Positions 1 through 13,911 of a stretch of DNA of 64,000 nucleotides are shown here, one piece after another. Origin of the DNA: Azolla caroliniana (lineage: Eukaryota; Plantae; Polypodiophyta); the NCBI GenBank assembly GCA_043228905.1, contig JBHGNT010000011.1:14012001-14076000 (forward strand), written 5' to 3'. A model generated the notes under the pieces. That model searched no databases and was not told the DNA's origin. It saw only the letters and a program-made list of their open reading frames with translations. The first letter of the stretch is position 1. Each line of letters opens with the position of its first letter. The position numbers and the translations under genes are program-made.

Positions 1-1
1 T

Positions 2-330
2 TGGACTAATGAAGTGAATACTGCTTTTGTGGGTCTCAAGAAAGCATTTACATCACCTCCTATTCTAGCTCATGTTGATATGTAAAAACCATTTATTATT
101 GAAGCAAACACGTCATATTTCGCACTTGGTAGTATTTTGTCACAACAAGGCGACGATAAGAAGCTACATCCCGTGGTTTAGGAATTATTAGCTATAGTGG
201 ATTCCTTTGCACAATGGAGACATTTTCTAGAAGGATCTCCTAATCAAATCACAGTATTCAGTGATCACAAGAACCTTGCCTACTTCTAGAATGCTCGTGT
301 ATTAAAGCTTGGTGGGCCCAATTTCTCACT
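2..330 (+). mobile_element. Degenerate Ty3/Gypsy RNase H fragment (truncated by window start)
   Basis: Reads WTNEVNTAFVGLKKAFTSPPILAH..*KPFIIEANTSYFALGSILSQ..LHPV, then [32 protein letters not shown]. These are typical Gypsy RT-connection/RNase H motifs, with stops and a deletion. Confidence 0.85.
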
Positions 331-503
331 CATTTCGACTTCAAGATTGCAAGAAACAAGGGAAGGCAATGTCACAACACAGTGACATGAAATACATAGT
401 TGGTGAGGATTGAACCTAGTTGGGTTACATATTGCACCAGTCTTAAGCCACCCAACTATCCTTGTATTCTTCTTCATCTAATATACTTCTTGTTATCATA
501 ATT

Positions 504-506
<3 letters not shown>

Positions 507-561
<55 letters not shown>
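507..561. repeat. (TC)n microsatellite
   Basis: Perfect TC dinucleotide run. A second run lies at about 922-965. Confidence 0.95.
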
Positions 562-564
<3 letters not shown>

Positions 565-918
565 GTAAAAGCACACAATTATATTAATTGTATGTAAAAT
601 CCACTTAGTTACAACACTTCTTAGTTTCCTCTACCTATCATATGCCTATGTAGGGAGAGGGATGTTCTTTAATGCTACTAAAAAACCTGAATATGCATTT
701 GAGGAAATGATCCCCACATGCTCTAACATCCAAAAATTCCACATGAGAATACCTTTAAGCTTCTTTATATAGGCTTTCACCCCATGTCTATTATCAAACA
801 TGAAAGCATTACACATATTCCAATTGTGTTATAGACCCCAATAACATAAAATTTGGAACAATATCTCCATCTCATCATTTGATCCATTTTGAACATATTG
901 AGAAAAAAACCATTGTTG

Positions 919-967
<49 letters not shown>

Positions 968-1039
968 CCCCTCCCTCTCTTGTGATTCCCACACAGTCTT
1001 TTCCTTCTCTCTACATCTAATACTAATTCTCTCTATCTC

Positions 1040-2400
1040 TAGTACTGATTCCCTTTGCCTCTAGTACTATTCTTGACAATTACGATCCTCATGAGAGATT
1101 AAAGTGTTATCAATCTCATTGTTGTACCTAAGGAGAGGTAGGTTATTAATGTCTAGGTCGTTTGCAAGAAGCCAACTCACCACATTGCTATACCAAGAGT
1201 TACTATCTCCGGACTCATAGAGTGTTTGAGATGCCTCAAAAGCTTGGCGAGATATCCTATCTTGTGGTTGGTGATGTATCCTATGAATAAAAACTACAAG
1301 TTGGAAATGTGCTTCTACTAACATCGGTGGTAAAGTGAACTTTGCACTAATAATGTCATGTGGTACTGTCGATTTGCTTCAGAGTTGACGTGATAACATC
1401 GTCACCATATGGCCTCTCTAATTGCATCTACATGAAGAGATAGTGGCCCTAGAGCCCAAACCATTGATGCATACCTAGGGGAAGGGGTCAGTAATGAGTC
1501 GAAGAGCCACCCCTTAGTCTGTGTCTCTTGAAAGTATGCTTTGTGGCATTGTCTCTTTAAGAGTGAGAGGGATGTATATCCTCTCGTTAGTCTACCTTTG
1601 GCTGCTTGTGCCATCGAAAATTTACTTGAGTGAGCAGTGAAGGTAACTCCAAGATATACATATGATCCAACTACCTCAATTGCTCTATGAGAGATGGTTA
1701 GGTGACATTTAGTCCTAACTCAAGTAGATGTGTGAAAGATAAGGACTTCAGTTTTTCCTAGATTCACTATCAATCCTCGTTGTGTGCAAAAGTCATCTAA
1801 GCCATTAAGGTGCCTTTGTAGGTCATGTTCAGACTCAGAGAGCAAAACTATGTCGTCTAGATAGAGTAAGAGACTAACTTGCATACCCCCAAGGACTACT
1901 CCGTTGCCTCCCTTACGAGCAATAAAATCATTGATCTCATCAAATTTGTAGATCCCAAAAAGAGTCGATTATAGGGAGCAACCTTGTTTCACACCAACGG
2001 TGCTAGTGAAGCAATTGGATAGGACACTTGGGCATTGTACGTACCCGAAGACTTCCCAAATCATGTCATCTGGTATCTCTAGACTTTTAAGCCTATCAAA
2101 CAACCACTCTCTAGGGACTATGTCAAAGGCTTTGCAGAAGTCCACAAAACAACAATATAATTTCTTCTTGTGAGCCTTTGTTTGGTCAATTAAGCATCTA
2201 AGTGTGACGATATGGTCAATAGTAGAGAAGGCTTGTCTAAATCCAACCTGTTTAGGTGCTCGAAGACTTAAGGTCTCCATATAATCGTTGAGCTTTGCTT
2301 CCATTAATGCACCATATAATTTCGTGAGCGTATGACCTATCATAATGGTCCTATATGTATTTGGGTCCATGGTGTCCCCTTCTTTATGTATAGAGGCCAC
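1040..2400 (-). mobile_element. Degenerate non-LTR retrotransposon (RTE/RTEX-like) reverse transcriptase fragment
   Basis: ORF 1969-2400 has HKEGD..PNTYRTI, QVGFRQAFSTIDH, CFVDFCKAFD and GVKQGC. It continues downstream with LLYLDDIVLL (YADD box) and Y(L)G-type motifs in broken frames. Confidence 0.85.
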
Positions 2401-3995
2401 TGTTAAGCATGTTAGCCTACCAACTTGCTTCTTAACGGTTGGTTACTTCAATATGCTCAACAATCAACACATATAGGAATGTCATACCCCCCTTAACATG
2501 TGATAAACTCCGAGTGGTTCCATGAACCTTGTGTCCTCATAACTAGTTAGGTCTGAGCGCATTCTAGTCTTTGGTTCATTGTATATAAAATGTCGAGGAG
2601 TCGTGTTTCGAGAGATTCATGATATATATATATATATATATATAGACTATACATATATATGTACTGTATGCATAGAACGTAATATTCGTGTTCGTGGAGG
2701 CATCCAAACGTTTGAATACGTTTGAAAGGGGAAAAATGCGTGGTCCTTTTTTTCCCCTTTTTTTGTATTTTTTTTTTTAAGATACGTTGTCGCTTCCTCT
2801 CTCTCTCTCTCTCTCCCCACACACACACAGAATCATAGTCTGCATACTTTTTTGGGTGGGAGGTGAATGAACTCTGTAACCCGAATTAATTAGTAATGAA
2901 TGGATCCACAAAGGAATGAATGGCTTCCCAATTCTGATGCGATATGAGATCTTAAAGGGGGCATTTCTCTAATGAGGATGTAGGAGACACTCCACACTCT
3001 CATTGGTTTTTCTGCTGCACCAATCCAATGGGGGACTTTCGGTGGGGTGTGGGCAAAGCTCAATTGGAAGAAGAGAGAGAAAATGGGCGGGGGGGGGGGG
3101 GGGGGGGGGTGGGCTATGTCTGTATTTTTATAGCAAAAAAAAAAGAGAATTAGCAAGAAAAAGGCAGAGAGAGAGAGAGAGAGAGAGGATCATTCCTGCA
3201 CAGGGGAGAAAAGAAACACCTTTTTTGTGTTTTGTCTCTTTTTTGTTCACTTGGGATTTTGATTAATCGGATAATCAGAACAACGAGAAAGATGCTTGAT
3301 TAATCATCATCATCATCGTGGCGACAAACACATGTGATCTATACATACTTGCACACTAATTTACAGCTTCTCAAGAGCATCAAAGAAAGAGGTTACACCC
3401 CATTGGAAATTACAATGGAAATGGTTGATAAAGAGGAAGATGCTGAAAGGTTATTGAACTTGCAAAAAGAGCGAGAAATTTTAATACTGAAAATTCAAAT
3501 GATATCCTCAATAATAGTATGCAAGATGAGGACATTGAAGACAGTTATGTTGTTGGTAGTAATGAGGCACATTCTAGTGAGAGTCCTCAAACAAATTACT
3601 ATGTCAATTGAACTAGTAGAATTTTTTGTTAGTGTCATATTTTCTTCGTATTCTCGAATATAAGCTTTATGAGTTTTTGAATCTTTGATGATAGTTTATA
3701 ATGACATAGTCCACTTGTTGGGATTGAGAGTGAATCAATATATAATATAGGCCATATTCAATCCAATCAAACTTGTCAATCCAATCCAACTTGGAGATGA
3801 TTTACCATACACGTATGATACGTATGGTTCATTCTATGACTGTATGTATATACATGGGTGTTTTTTTTTTGAGGAATGCTCCTGTTTTGGGGATACTTTG
3901 GTGAAACATGGGAGGGGGGCTATTTTCGTAAATTGGGAAAATATATGCATTTAAAGAAGGATCCATCACTTGTGAAGAAAAAAGGTCTTTAGAGA

Positions 3996-6534
3996 ATGGA
4001 AGAAGAGAAACCTCAGAGCGATGGCGGAATAGCTCCTCCTTCCTCCTCCTGCTCCTCTTCTTCTTCTTCTTCTTCTTCTTCTTCTTCTTCCTTCATCTAT
4101 CCGACTGCTCAGGAACTTCCTCCTCGACCTCCTCTTGCTATCGACTATAATTATGAACATTTCTTCGTCACAGGCAAGTGCAATACCTTGTTCTTTTAAT
4201 ATTTCTGAGCTCTTCGTCTTCTATAAATTTTGTTCTTGTGTTTTAAATTCATGCAGACTTTATGAAGGAGATGCATGACCAGTACATTTACAGGCACAAA
4301 AACGGGTAAGTCTGGTTCTGTTTCTTTCTGAAGCATTCTCTTGTTTTCCAGTTTCTTCTTTCTGAATCTTCGTTTTGGTTTTGTTCCTCTCAATCATGCC
4401 TTGTCTCCTAGTTTTCCTTCTCCTAATTATGCTCGTATCTCGTTCTTTCCAAATTATGATTTTGACGCCTTCTGAATCACGTTGATAGAAAGTAGTTGAG
4501 GAGATTAATTGTTTCTTTGTCTGAATTGATCGAAACATAAGTAGTGTTCGGGATAAAAACTTCCGAATGTCGTGATTTGCAATGCATAAATTTTCTACAA
4601 ATTTATAATAAGGTTGTGTTACTTTCTCATCATTCCTGGTTGAGATAGCCTGTTGGAGATACCCAGTCTCATTCGTGTAAGGTTTTGGAACTTTTTTATG
4701 ATCACCTAGATTATATTGCATGAAAAAGTCACTCAACTGGTTCATATTAAATATATTCTGGATGTTCTTGCTTTGAACACCAGTGGTACCATACATTAAA
4801 TGATGTTGATATAGAAGATATATTTTTGAAATCACTTGTGTTTGCTAAAAAGACTTGCACAATGTCCGTTGTATTCTGAAGGTAGTACCTCGGAGAATAC
4901 TTTGTTTTCATAAAAAATTTATTCTCTTTGTGATGACAACACAAGGGTTTTAGCATTATTTTTTTAGCATGCCATGAGAATTCCCAGGCTTATACTTTGT
5001 ATTCCTTAAGTGATGATGATAAGCCTGGGGAATAATACATATTACTTCAGCATAAGATGAGGCTGCTCGTGCTACAAATTTGCATCAAGATGATACTGGT
5101 ATGTAGGATTCAATGCTCATATCCAATAGTTTTTGCAGGAGTTCTTGGTAGTTGAGGATATGTGAATGAAGCCAAGCCCATTCATTAGCGTACCATGGGA
5201 AAGTTCATTCCTAATTTTGCATTACAATACCGATACACAAGATATAGTTTTGCACCAAGAATAAAGGATTATTATATACATTTTTTGACATTTCACGATA
5301 ATTTTCACCTAAATTTGCATCATGTCTCTGATATGTGAGTTTTGTGCTTGGGAATATATAATGTTGCAGAAACCTTTTAATTCTCCTTATGTCTACGTAA
5401 TACAACCTCAGTTTTGGAAAATTTCATAGTAATTACATTTATCTACATTATAATGCCTGATGGACATGAAAGAATAACAAAACCACCTTGCACTCACAAG
5501 GTAACTGGTTGAACATTATTTCACAGGGTGTAGCAAACATTCTTTTGTTTATGGAAAGTAAACCTTGATGTGTAGATCGTGTATTTATAACATACTAAAT
5601 CTGCATTATAAACTTGTTTTGGAAATTGTTGGTTCTAGTAGATTTTATATGATTGAAACTTTTCTTGAAACAAAAACATTTTCTTTGGCTACTTTGATGA
5701 GTTATTGTATCTATTGTGTTGATGAACGTCTTCATTGTATTTGATGTAGTTTTCAAAAAGATTATGTGTTGTAGGATTGGCTTCAACACACATTGCACTG
5801 GATGGTAATGCTTCCATCACCACTGTGGATTTCAATGTTGGGAAGCAAAATAGAACTGAAATGAAGGTCACAGGAAAAAGGAAAAAAGTGAGTGTATATC
5901 AAGGAGTGACATTTTCTCTGTAAAAATGTGTAATCTTTATATTTCTTTGACAATTATTTTGCATATTTGGATCAATATTGTTGTAGGATGCACATATCCT
6001 GGAACCTAACTCCATACTATGCAAAATCATTTCAAATGACAACACTTTTGTTATCCGGTATCTCTTCTTAAATGTCTATGACAATTTAATGACAAAATGT
6101 CCCTATTGTGATATCCTTCATTTGATTTTTACTGTATACATTTGGCGCAGATGTTGTATAAAGGGAGCTCTTTTGGAAGTCAATGAGCGGCTCCTAAAGG
6201 AGCCATCTCTGCTTAAAACAAAAGTATCTCATTTTCCTCTAATTAAAGTACATGTATCATGCATAATGTCTTCATCAATGCATTCATTACACAGCGTTCA
6301 GATAGTTCGTGCATTTCACACGGTCTTCATGGATATGCTTCATTTCATATCTTCGTATTTTCTATTAGGCGAAAAAACTTACCATTCGATTATATCATTT
6401 CATTTATTTTATAGGCTGCTAGTGAAGGTTACATAGCCATCATAATGCCTCGGGGAGATGATTGGAAGAAGGCATCATCATCTCTTCTCACAGCTAAAGA
6501 GTATGAAGAGAAAAGGCCTTTCCAGAAAGCATAG
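3996..6534 (+). CDS. ABITRAM: Protein Abitram / Simiate (FAM206A; glycine-cleavage H-protein-like fold), 6 exons, about 205 aa
   Basis: Exons 3996-4173, 4257-4305, 5761-5887, 5987-6057, 6151-6223 and 6415-6534 total 618 nt and stay in frame. Protein: ...DFMKEMHDQYIYRHKNG LCVVGLASTH...VDFNVGK..MKVTGKRKK DAHILEPNSILCKI..IR CCIKGALLEVNERLLKEPSLL..EGYIAIIMPR...*. These are recognisable Abitram motifs. An N-terminal poly-Ser is encoded by (TCT)n. Confidence 0.9.
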
Positions 6535-7599
6535 TTACGTTCTTCATGAAACACCTGGAAGATAATTAGAAGTAAACTTATTCCTCCTTTCTTACCTTTT
6601 CTCTTTGCAATACACTGTATGGTGTTAGTCTGGGACAAAGATTTCATTTGTGCTTCACAGCTAAAATCTCCATTGCACCTCCCATCTTAAATTTTGATTG
6701 TGAATGAATTTTTAATGTTCAAACAATTGACAATTTTTCTGATTTTTCATGATAATTTCTTGTCTATTATCAACCTAAGAAATTGTCTATTCCTTGAAGA
6801 GGCCAGAGTAGGAATTTTCTTTTTTATGAAACCTAAAACGGAAACAGTGAAGTAAAAAAATGTTATTCTATTTTAAGTATGCATAAAGCTGCATTGTAAA
6901 CATTGGTAGTTTGATAACAAATATTCTCCTTTTCTGCCAAAGAATTTTGTAGTTAATGACCATTGTTAACTAAGGCTCACTAGTCATCAACTCATCAACT
7001 TCCTCGACCTTCGTTGGGTTGGATGTGTAACTTCCATCGTGTAAAGTGCTTAGAGAACATATTTGTGTAATAGTTCAGGAGGGGAAGTGTGCATGAAATG
7101 GACAAAAGAAGCAAGGGAATGATGAAAAGGAAAGTTAGTGATAGGTGAAGGTAAGGTAGGAAGGGGAAGAAGGTGAAACAAAAGGAGAAGTGTTCAAACT
7201 AGTAGTGAGGCAAGAGGAAAAGATTAAATAGATCAAAACCACAAAATCATATCCCCTATACATAGAGAACAAATAAGAGCATGAGGCTTGAGGTGAAGGT
7301 AGTCAAGGGTCAAACAAAAAAGAAATGTGTGCATATACTCATCAAATTCAAAAAGGAGTGCATATACTCAATGAATCGAAAAAGGTGTGCATAAATTCAC
7401 ACTACTAATCAACTGTCCCTTAGGTCAACCATATGAGATACAATCCCCTCATTGGGGATAACTACGGGCCCACTAGTGGAAACATTTGGACTTAGTGGCA
7501 TGAGGACACTATTAAATCACCTAGGGTAACATATTAGGCAACAAATTTACAATGATGCTTACTTGCTTCTTTGTATGGACTCTTTCCCATTGTATAGTT

Positions 7600-8354
7600 A
7601 AGGTGACCTTGTGAGAACATTTTGTTATGATGGTGTTGGCAAGTGATCCTTTCGCGAAGTTGTTGACACCTACATAGCAAAAATACCTAACACTTCATCC
7701 TTTTTCTTTATAGTGTACACCTACACTCTTTGAGAAAAAGCATCAACAAATGGTACATAGTAATGTTTTCCTCCCATTGAAGCTGTCTTGGAAGGGCGCA
7801 TCATAATGGACATAATCTAGAATGCCCATAATCTAGAATGCCCTTGGTATTATGGATTGCAGTGCTGAATTTCACTCTTGTCTGCTTGCCTTTAATACAA
7901 TGCCCATAGAACTCAACTTTCTGGTTTGCACTTCTTTCAATAATCCTTGATTTGATAACATTTTCATGTATTTGTTACCAGCATATCCCAAGCGGTTATG
8001 CGGAACTCTAGTTGCATCTATCTCTCCATCATTCATAGTAGCAACATTTGATGATGTTGTAATAACTGCACTTCCCTAATCGTAATACAAGTTATTGCTC
8101 TTTCGAGTTCCTTTCTGTGTCCCCGATGCTACGGATATGATTTTCATTACTTCAGTTTTTAACTTAACTTCAAAACCATTTGCTCCCAAACATCCCATGG
8201 AAATAAGATTCTTTGTCAAGGTTGGTACATATTTGACATCATTTAGCATTCTGAATAATCTATCATCATTCTTCAGACAAATTGAGCCTTTACCATGCAT
8301 TTCACAAGGAAACCATATCCCATATCCCATAACTATTGTTGTAGGTTGGGCCAT
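7600..8354 (-). mobile_element. Degenerate Ty1/Copia pol fragment (protease C-terminus, GAG-pre-integrase, integrase N-terminus)
   Basis: LNDVKYVPTLTKNLISMGCL...NLY, followed in broken frames by HNRLG, C..GKQTRVKFS..HNTKGILDY and SMGGKHYYVPFVDAFS. Confidence 0.8.
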
Positions 8355-10089
8355 ATATTGGTACTAGGGGTATTGTTTTGCCCCTAACACTAACTATGCG
8401 TAGGAAACCAAAATTGGGTTGCACATTTGTGCTAGTCTTGAGTCCTTAATTACTTCCAAATGCACCACATGGCTAGATTCCCTTAAAGGTGTTATAATGA
8501 TTGGTTTGTTATTGAAGTTAATCACATTAACCTCATAAATATGGCTTAAGGTATTAACGACAATATTCACACATCATTAATTACATTTATGTAATAGAAA
8601 ATCAAAGCCCTTAATGATCTTCACCCCTTGTGCCAGATGACCCCATGAGGTTCTATTGGTCACCTGAAAATGTATCAATATAGGTAGTATCTCCTTATTT
8701 CTTTGTGCATTCTAAATCTTAAATAGTTCTATTCGTGAACTAAGTACCAATAATGAGTAGAAGAAAGTTTCCTACTCCTAATTATTAGATTCTAACTAAT
8801 TAATTAAGCAAAACATAAGGAATTATAAACCAAAGAAAAGGGGGTTCTAAACTACCCGTCCACACCCCAACGATGATGTGAGACGGACCCAAACCTTCTC
8901 AATGCCCTATACCATCGAGGGTTGATGTGAGTCATACCTTTGATTCTATGAGGATTGTGCTGAGCTACCAAGAGCCACAACTAGGCTGTCATAGTCTGAA
9001 CATAAGTCAAGCCCCCCTTATAAGAAGGTAACTAGCCTTCTTATATAGGCAAAAACCTTTGGCCCTAGTTCGTTCACGCTTGTCTACTTTATGTGAAGTG
9101 GTTTAGTGATAAAATACTTAATAGTTAACTAACACTATAGAATTCAATATTACAAGTCATACCTTTGTTCCTTTTAGAATTAACCCACACATATCATAAG
9201 ATCAAGGAAAACTATGGAAAACCTAGCGAAAACTATGGAAACTTATGGTTATGGATGTAACAATTTCCCATCCTCTCTAGGTCAAATCCCTGGTGGTCTT
9301 GTTCATGTTTCACATGCATGCATGTATCTTCATGGTAAAGTTTCCCACACATGAGTGAAATCAAAGGACGTGACCTTCATTTAGGTCTAATTCTCTTTCT
9401 ACTATGAGGTGAACCAACCTTGTCATGTTTTCTTTAGCTCAACCGACCCTTCACCAATGAGAAGTAGTTCTTTGTTGTCATTTTTTATCATTAGGTTGAT
9501 TTTAATAATATCTTTGCAAGGTGTCCACTTTTTCAATATTTCGTTTGTCTACCAAAACAATGTCCAAAAAAATATAATTTCAATCCAAAATGAATTGTTC
9601 TTCTAAATTCTTTTTGCGCGAGGCGGTCTGAATATTTCAAGTGATACCATCCAGACATTTGGGTTGAGATCGTCCGACGTTGAAATCAAGAAATTGGTGA
9701 AGGATAAAAATGTTAGTACGTTTTGCTTCTTCTTTAAATTCTTATGCTTTTTATAGAGATTCTTGTACTTGACTTATAGGAGAGAAATTTAAATGAGAAA
9801 AAGGAAAAAGAAAAATAGCAATAAATTACAAAGGCATCAAGTGATTAGATCAAAATAACTAGATTAAGATAGTAACGTGATTATAGAAACATGTGAGATT
9901 GGTTGTCTGCCATTCTCAAGCTACTAACACTAATATATTATAACCTAAGCAAACTTTTTGTATGCTCTTGTAAATATCTAAACTAAGAAGTTTATATTGC
10001 CTCAATATGGCCTTTAGTGTTGAATGTAATAAGGTATGATCCATCAAAGCATACATAAAGAAACAAACGACACTTCAATAATTCAAAGA

Positions 10090-10304
10090 TACACTTTGTA
10101 CAAGACGAAAAATCATTGCATAGCTACATCACATGTTTGCATCAACTTTGCTCTATATGTGGCTATCATCAAACTTAGCGTGACTATTACATGACATTAC
10201 ACTTTGTACAAGACGAAAAATCATTGCATAGCTACATCACATGTTTGCATCAAACTTTGCTCTATATGTGGCTATCATCAAACTTAGCGTGATTATTACA
10301 TGAA
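10090..10304. repeat. About 108-bp direct tandem duplication
   Basis: TACACTTTGTACAAGACGAAAAATC...TATTACATGA occurs at 10090 and 10198, nearly identical. Confidence 0.9.
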
Positions 10305-12595
10305 TTTTCCAAGAAAATAAGCAACTCCTTAGTTCAAGAAGTTAGTTAGACCCTTAGTCATTGACAAGTTTTATGTTACACTCATAATTTGTGATGATGT
10401 TCCCGAATCAAAAACTTTGTTGTAGACCTTGAACTATTATTTACTCATGTTTCGCATCTAGATCCATTTGATGTAGTTTTTTTTTTACCAAAAAAGAATA
10501 TATTCCATTAGTTAAAATGTCATTCAGTACACAACTTTAGTCCCTTTATCAGGTAGTCATTACCTAATTCCATATGGGCGACATCACTTATTTATCTTAG
10601 ACATCACCTGCATTCAATAGCCCACATGTTTGGTCTCTATTTATTTATCTCATGTCATTCACACCCCTCTTTCATCTAACGGGAGGAGGGAACAACCATC
10701 TGGGTACTACGTATACCCATTCCAATTTCTACAACCATTGGTGTAGTACACCAACGTTTTCTAAAATTAAACCTCATTAATTCTGAAGCGTCATCTCTTC
10801 CATCAATCCGCCTATGTTGTGCCCTCAATGTAGTTATTAATGTCTGCCATATTAGCTTAATAGATTTTGCTAGAGGTCGTTTGTTTGCTAAAAATACCCT
10901 GGTACATCTTGTCATCCATATGCTCCATATGGTAATGGGTGCAAGCAACATCCATAGATCTCCAATTTTTTGCTTCTGGGCACTAACTATAGGTGCCCTG
11001 TTATCAGTGATCAATCGAATAGTTCCATTCTCCCCTCTGTACATTGCTTTGCATGCGCTATCAAATTTCTCCACATCATCAGCAAGATAGTTCCAACAAG
11101 CATGTCCCCATTTGAGGGTAAATGAGCTAGAGGCATGACATAGCAATCGTAATGCCCTTCCTCGTGACATTCCCATAGACAATGGGAAATGCTTTCTAGT
11201 TGTCCACATGCACTACATCTAGGGTCTACATTGGGGCCTTAGCCCACGCCCCTACCGGCAAGGCTTTATGCGCAATAAGCCATAAGCACATCATTATCTT
11301 GTGGCTACCACTGTCATGCCATATCATTTTCCAAAATTTATCTAATCTCCTTTCACTAATGCCTTCCTATATCCAATATTTATGTGCTGCAAATCTTTGT
11401 GTTCTTGCTCTAGAATAATTTGCCTCCCGATTTTCATGTTGTACTTGAAAATTTGAACCAACTTGGCACCCTCAATTCGTCCTTGACTACTCCAAAAATA
11501 CATCGTTGCATCCCATGATAGCTTATCTGCATGCCCTTCTATCGGCCAACACATTGTCGTCGGTTTGATCTCACTCAGCTTGGGGTCAACCATCATATCC
11601 TTTCATTTTTTGCAATTAACCTAATTGGTCTTTCAGTTTGATAGGTTGGTTGCTCACATATTGCCATTCCATGCTCTATTTTGTAGTAGCATGCCTCATT
11701 AGATCCAGCTTTCATTCCCTTAATTCCAGTTAGATAATTTCCAACATCTATAAGTCTTGTCCATTCAATTTTGGGGGGACTTATAGCTTCATCTTCCAAG
11801 GTTTGCGTGCAATGGAATCTGTAATTCTCGTTAGCATGCTTTTACCCTTGTTTATCCTCCATATTCTAGCCTTTTGAATGCCCACATCATTAGACAGAAA
11901 TCTCGTCCAATCCGCTAACGCATTCCCTTGGGCATTGATTAAGTTAGCCCGTTTGAAGCCTGCTTTTTGTCCTATCATCAACCCATCCACATCTCTGGTC
12001 AGTGGGTTCCAAACAATAGGCATGTACATTCGGGCATATGCATCATTTCTCCACCTACAAATGATTCCCTTTCTAATTCCTTGTCACGTCTTCATAATTC
12101 TAGCAGCACATACTCTGCGTACATCCCTAGTGTTTGGGTCACATTTCTGGCACAAAACCCCAAAAAGAGCTCATTGGCCAGCTTCCACCTTGTCTTGGTA
12201 ACCACATCTTTCATATACGTTTCCAAAGAATTTTCCAAGGTGCCTCAAGTGGTTGCAAGCTCCTGACCACCAATTTGCCTACCAAGGCCTTCGTTTGCAC
12301 CACGGGATCTATTAGTCCCACCCCACCTTCACTTTTTTCTTGTATAAGTGTGGTCCATGCAACCTTTGCACCAACATGAGTTTCCTCTGTGCCCCCCATA
12401 AGAAATTTCTAATAAGCCTTTTTATCACTTTCATTGACTTGGGCGCGATTATCCAGCATGCAGCAGTATGCCATATAATGGCCATTAGAACTTGATTTGC
12501 AATCACAATCTTGCCTGCAAAGGATAGTTGTCTTGCATTCCAGCATATTAGCTTCATTTTTATTTTGTCCACTAATAGATTGTAGTGTTCTGATC

Positions 12596-13049
12596 TGTAA
12601 AGAATCGGATATGATTCTTGTGTAGCGGAAGAGATGTATGTTATGTGTATGTGTGAGAGGAATTAGAGAAGAGAATAGAAACACAAGATAGATAAGCTAG
12701 AGAAATGAAATACTCAAGAAGAAGATGTATATTCACAAGTAGAATGAGAAATGAATATGTAGCATTACAAGGAGTCTCAACCGACTTAGTATGAAGTAGG
12801 AGGGTGCTTTATATAAAGTCACCCTCTCTCTTCATCAACTTTACAACAACCACTCTCTCTCTCTTGGGGAAGGTGAAGACTCATAGTCATGGGGAATATG
12901 TAACTCATTAGTTATGTGTCATAGAATATGATTCTATGACACATAGTTAATGTGTAGAGAGTAGTGGTGTAACTCTTGACCTTTGAGTAATCATAGATTC
13001 TCAAACGGTGTGTTCACACGTTGTGCTATGTTGAGCTTGATTCTCAACA
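12596..13049. mobile_element. Solo LTR (454 bp) of the same Copia family as 44944-56593, inserted in the LINE RT
   Basis: TGTAAAGAAT...ATTCTCAACA termini, flanked by TGATC/TGATT (5-bp TSD, 1 mismatch). It aligns along its length with LTRs 44944-45395 and 56142-56593. Confidence 0.95.
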
Positions 13050-13911
13050 TGATTGATCAATGTCCATATCGATTTTGAAACCCAACTATCTAGTATCTTC
13101 TCCTCTCCTCAACCATTTGAAATTGGGGTCCAGAGCCCAATTTAACACATGCTTATTACTAATCCAAATGCCCACTAATTTATTCCAGTTTATTTTAGCA
13201 CCTAAGCCCCTACAAAATTCATTAATAGCACTTTGCAGTCTATCCAAGTTGTTTGCATCACCCTTAACGTATGTTGTTGTATCATCAACATATTCTGTAT
13301 CAAGCAACATTCCTGCATCCTCGGGCAGGGGAAGGCCTTGTATTTGCCAAGATCTATCAACAATCTGATAATGCAATGCTTTTGCTGCAATAATGAATAG
13401 GTATGAGGCCAATGGGCATCCTTGCCGTGCCGATCGTGACGTCTTAAAGCTCTTCCCCATGCTTCCAGCCATTAACTTGGTTGGATGCATCCCTGTAAAA
13501 GGCAGTCGTTCCAAGGATCCATTGCTGCTTGAAGCCTAGGGCCTCCATCATTGCTTCAAGGAATTCCTATGAGATCCTGTCATATGCTTTTTCAAAGTCA
13601 AGTAACATTACTGCCATGTCCACTTCTTGCTCCTACGCCCATGCTGAATACTCCCAAAAAGTTATCACATTGTCAACAATGCTCCGGTTTTCTAGGAAGT
13701 CAGTTTGCGTTGTATGTATAATGTCCCCTAGTACTGTTTTCAATCAACTACTTACAACTTTAGCCATGATATTATAGGCATTAGTGAGAATCGTCAATGG
13801 TCGCCAATTACCGAGTATTGTCAAATCATTCCTCTGCACATTGTTGTAGGCATTAAACCTTCTGCCATAATGTATTGCATCCCTACCAACACATCATCCT
13901 TAATTAGATCC

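Noticed and set aside
2401-2498. 98-bp segment with TGTTAAG...CTTAACA inverted termini
   Set aside because: No TSD (GCCAC vs TGTGA) and no second copy in the window. It may be an LTR scrap or chance.
2600-3960. Possible MULE/hAT relic upstream of Abitram (acidic ORF-like stretch, poly-G, weak terminal similarity)
   Set aside because: Could not define TIRs, a TSD or a transposase motif.
6058-6232. Abitram introns 4 and 5 both start GTATCTC, resembling U12 donors
   Set aside because: They do not match GTATCCTT, and there is no convincing TCCTTAAC branch point near the acceptors.
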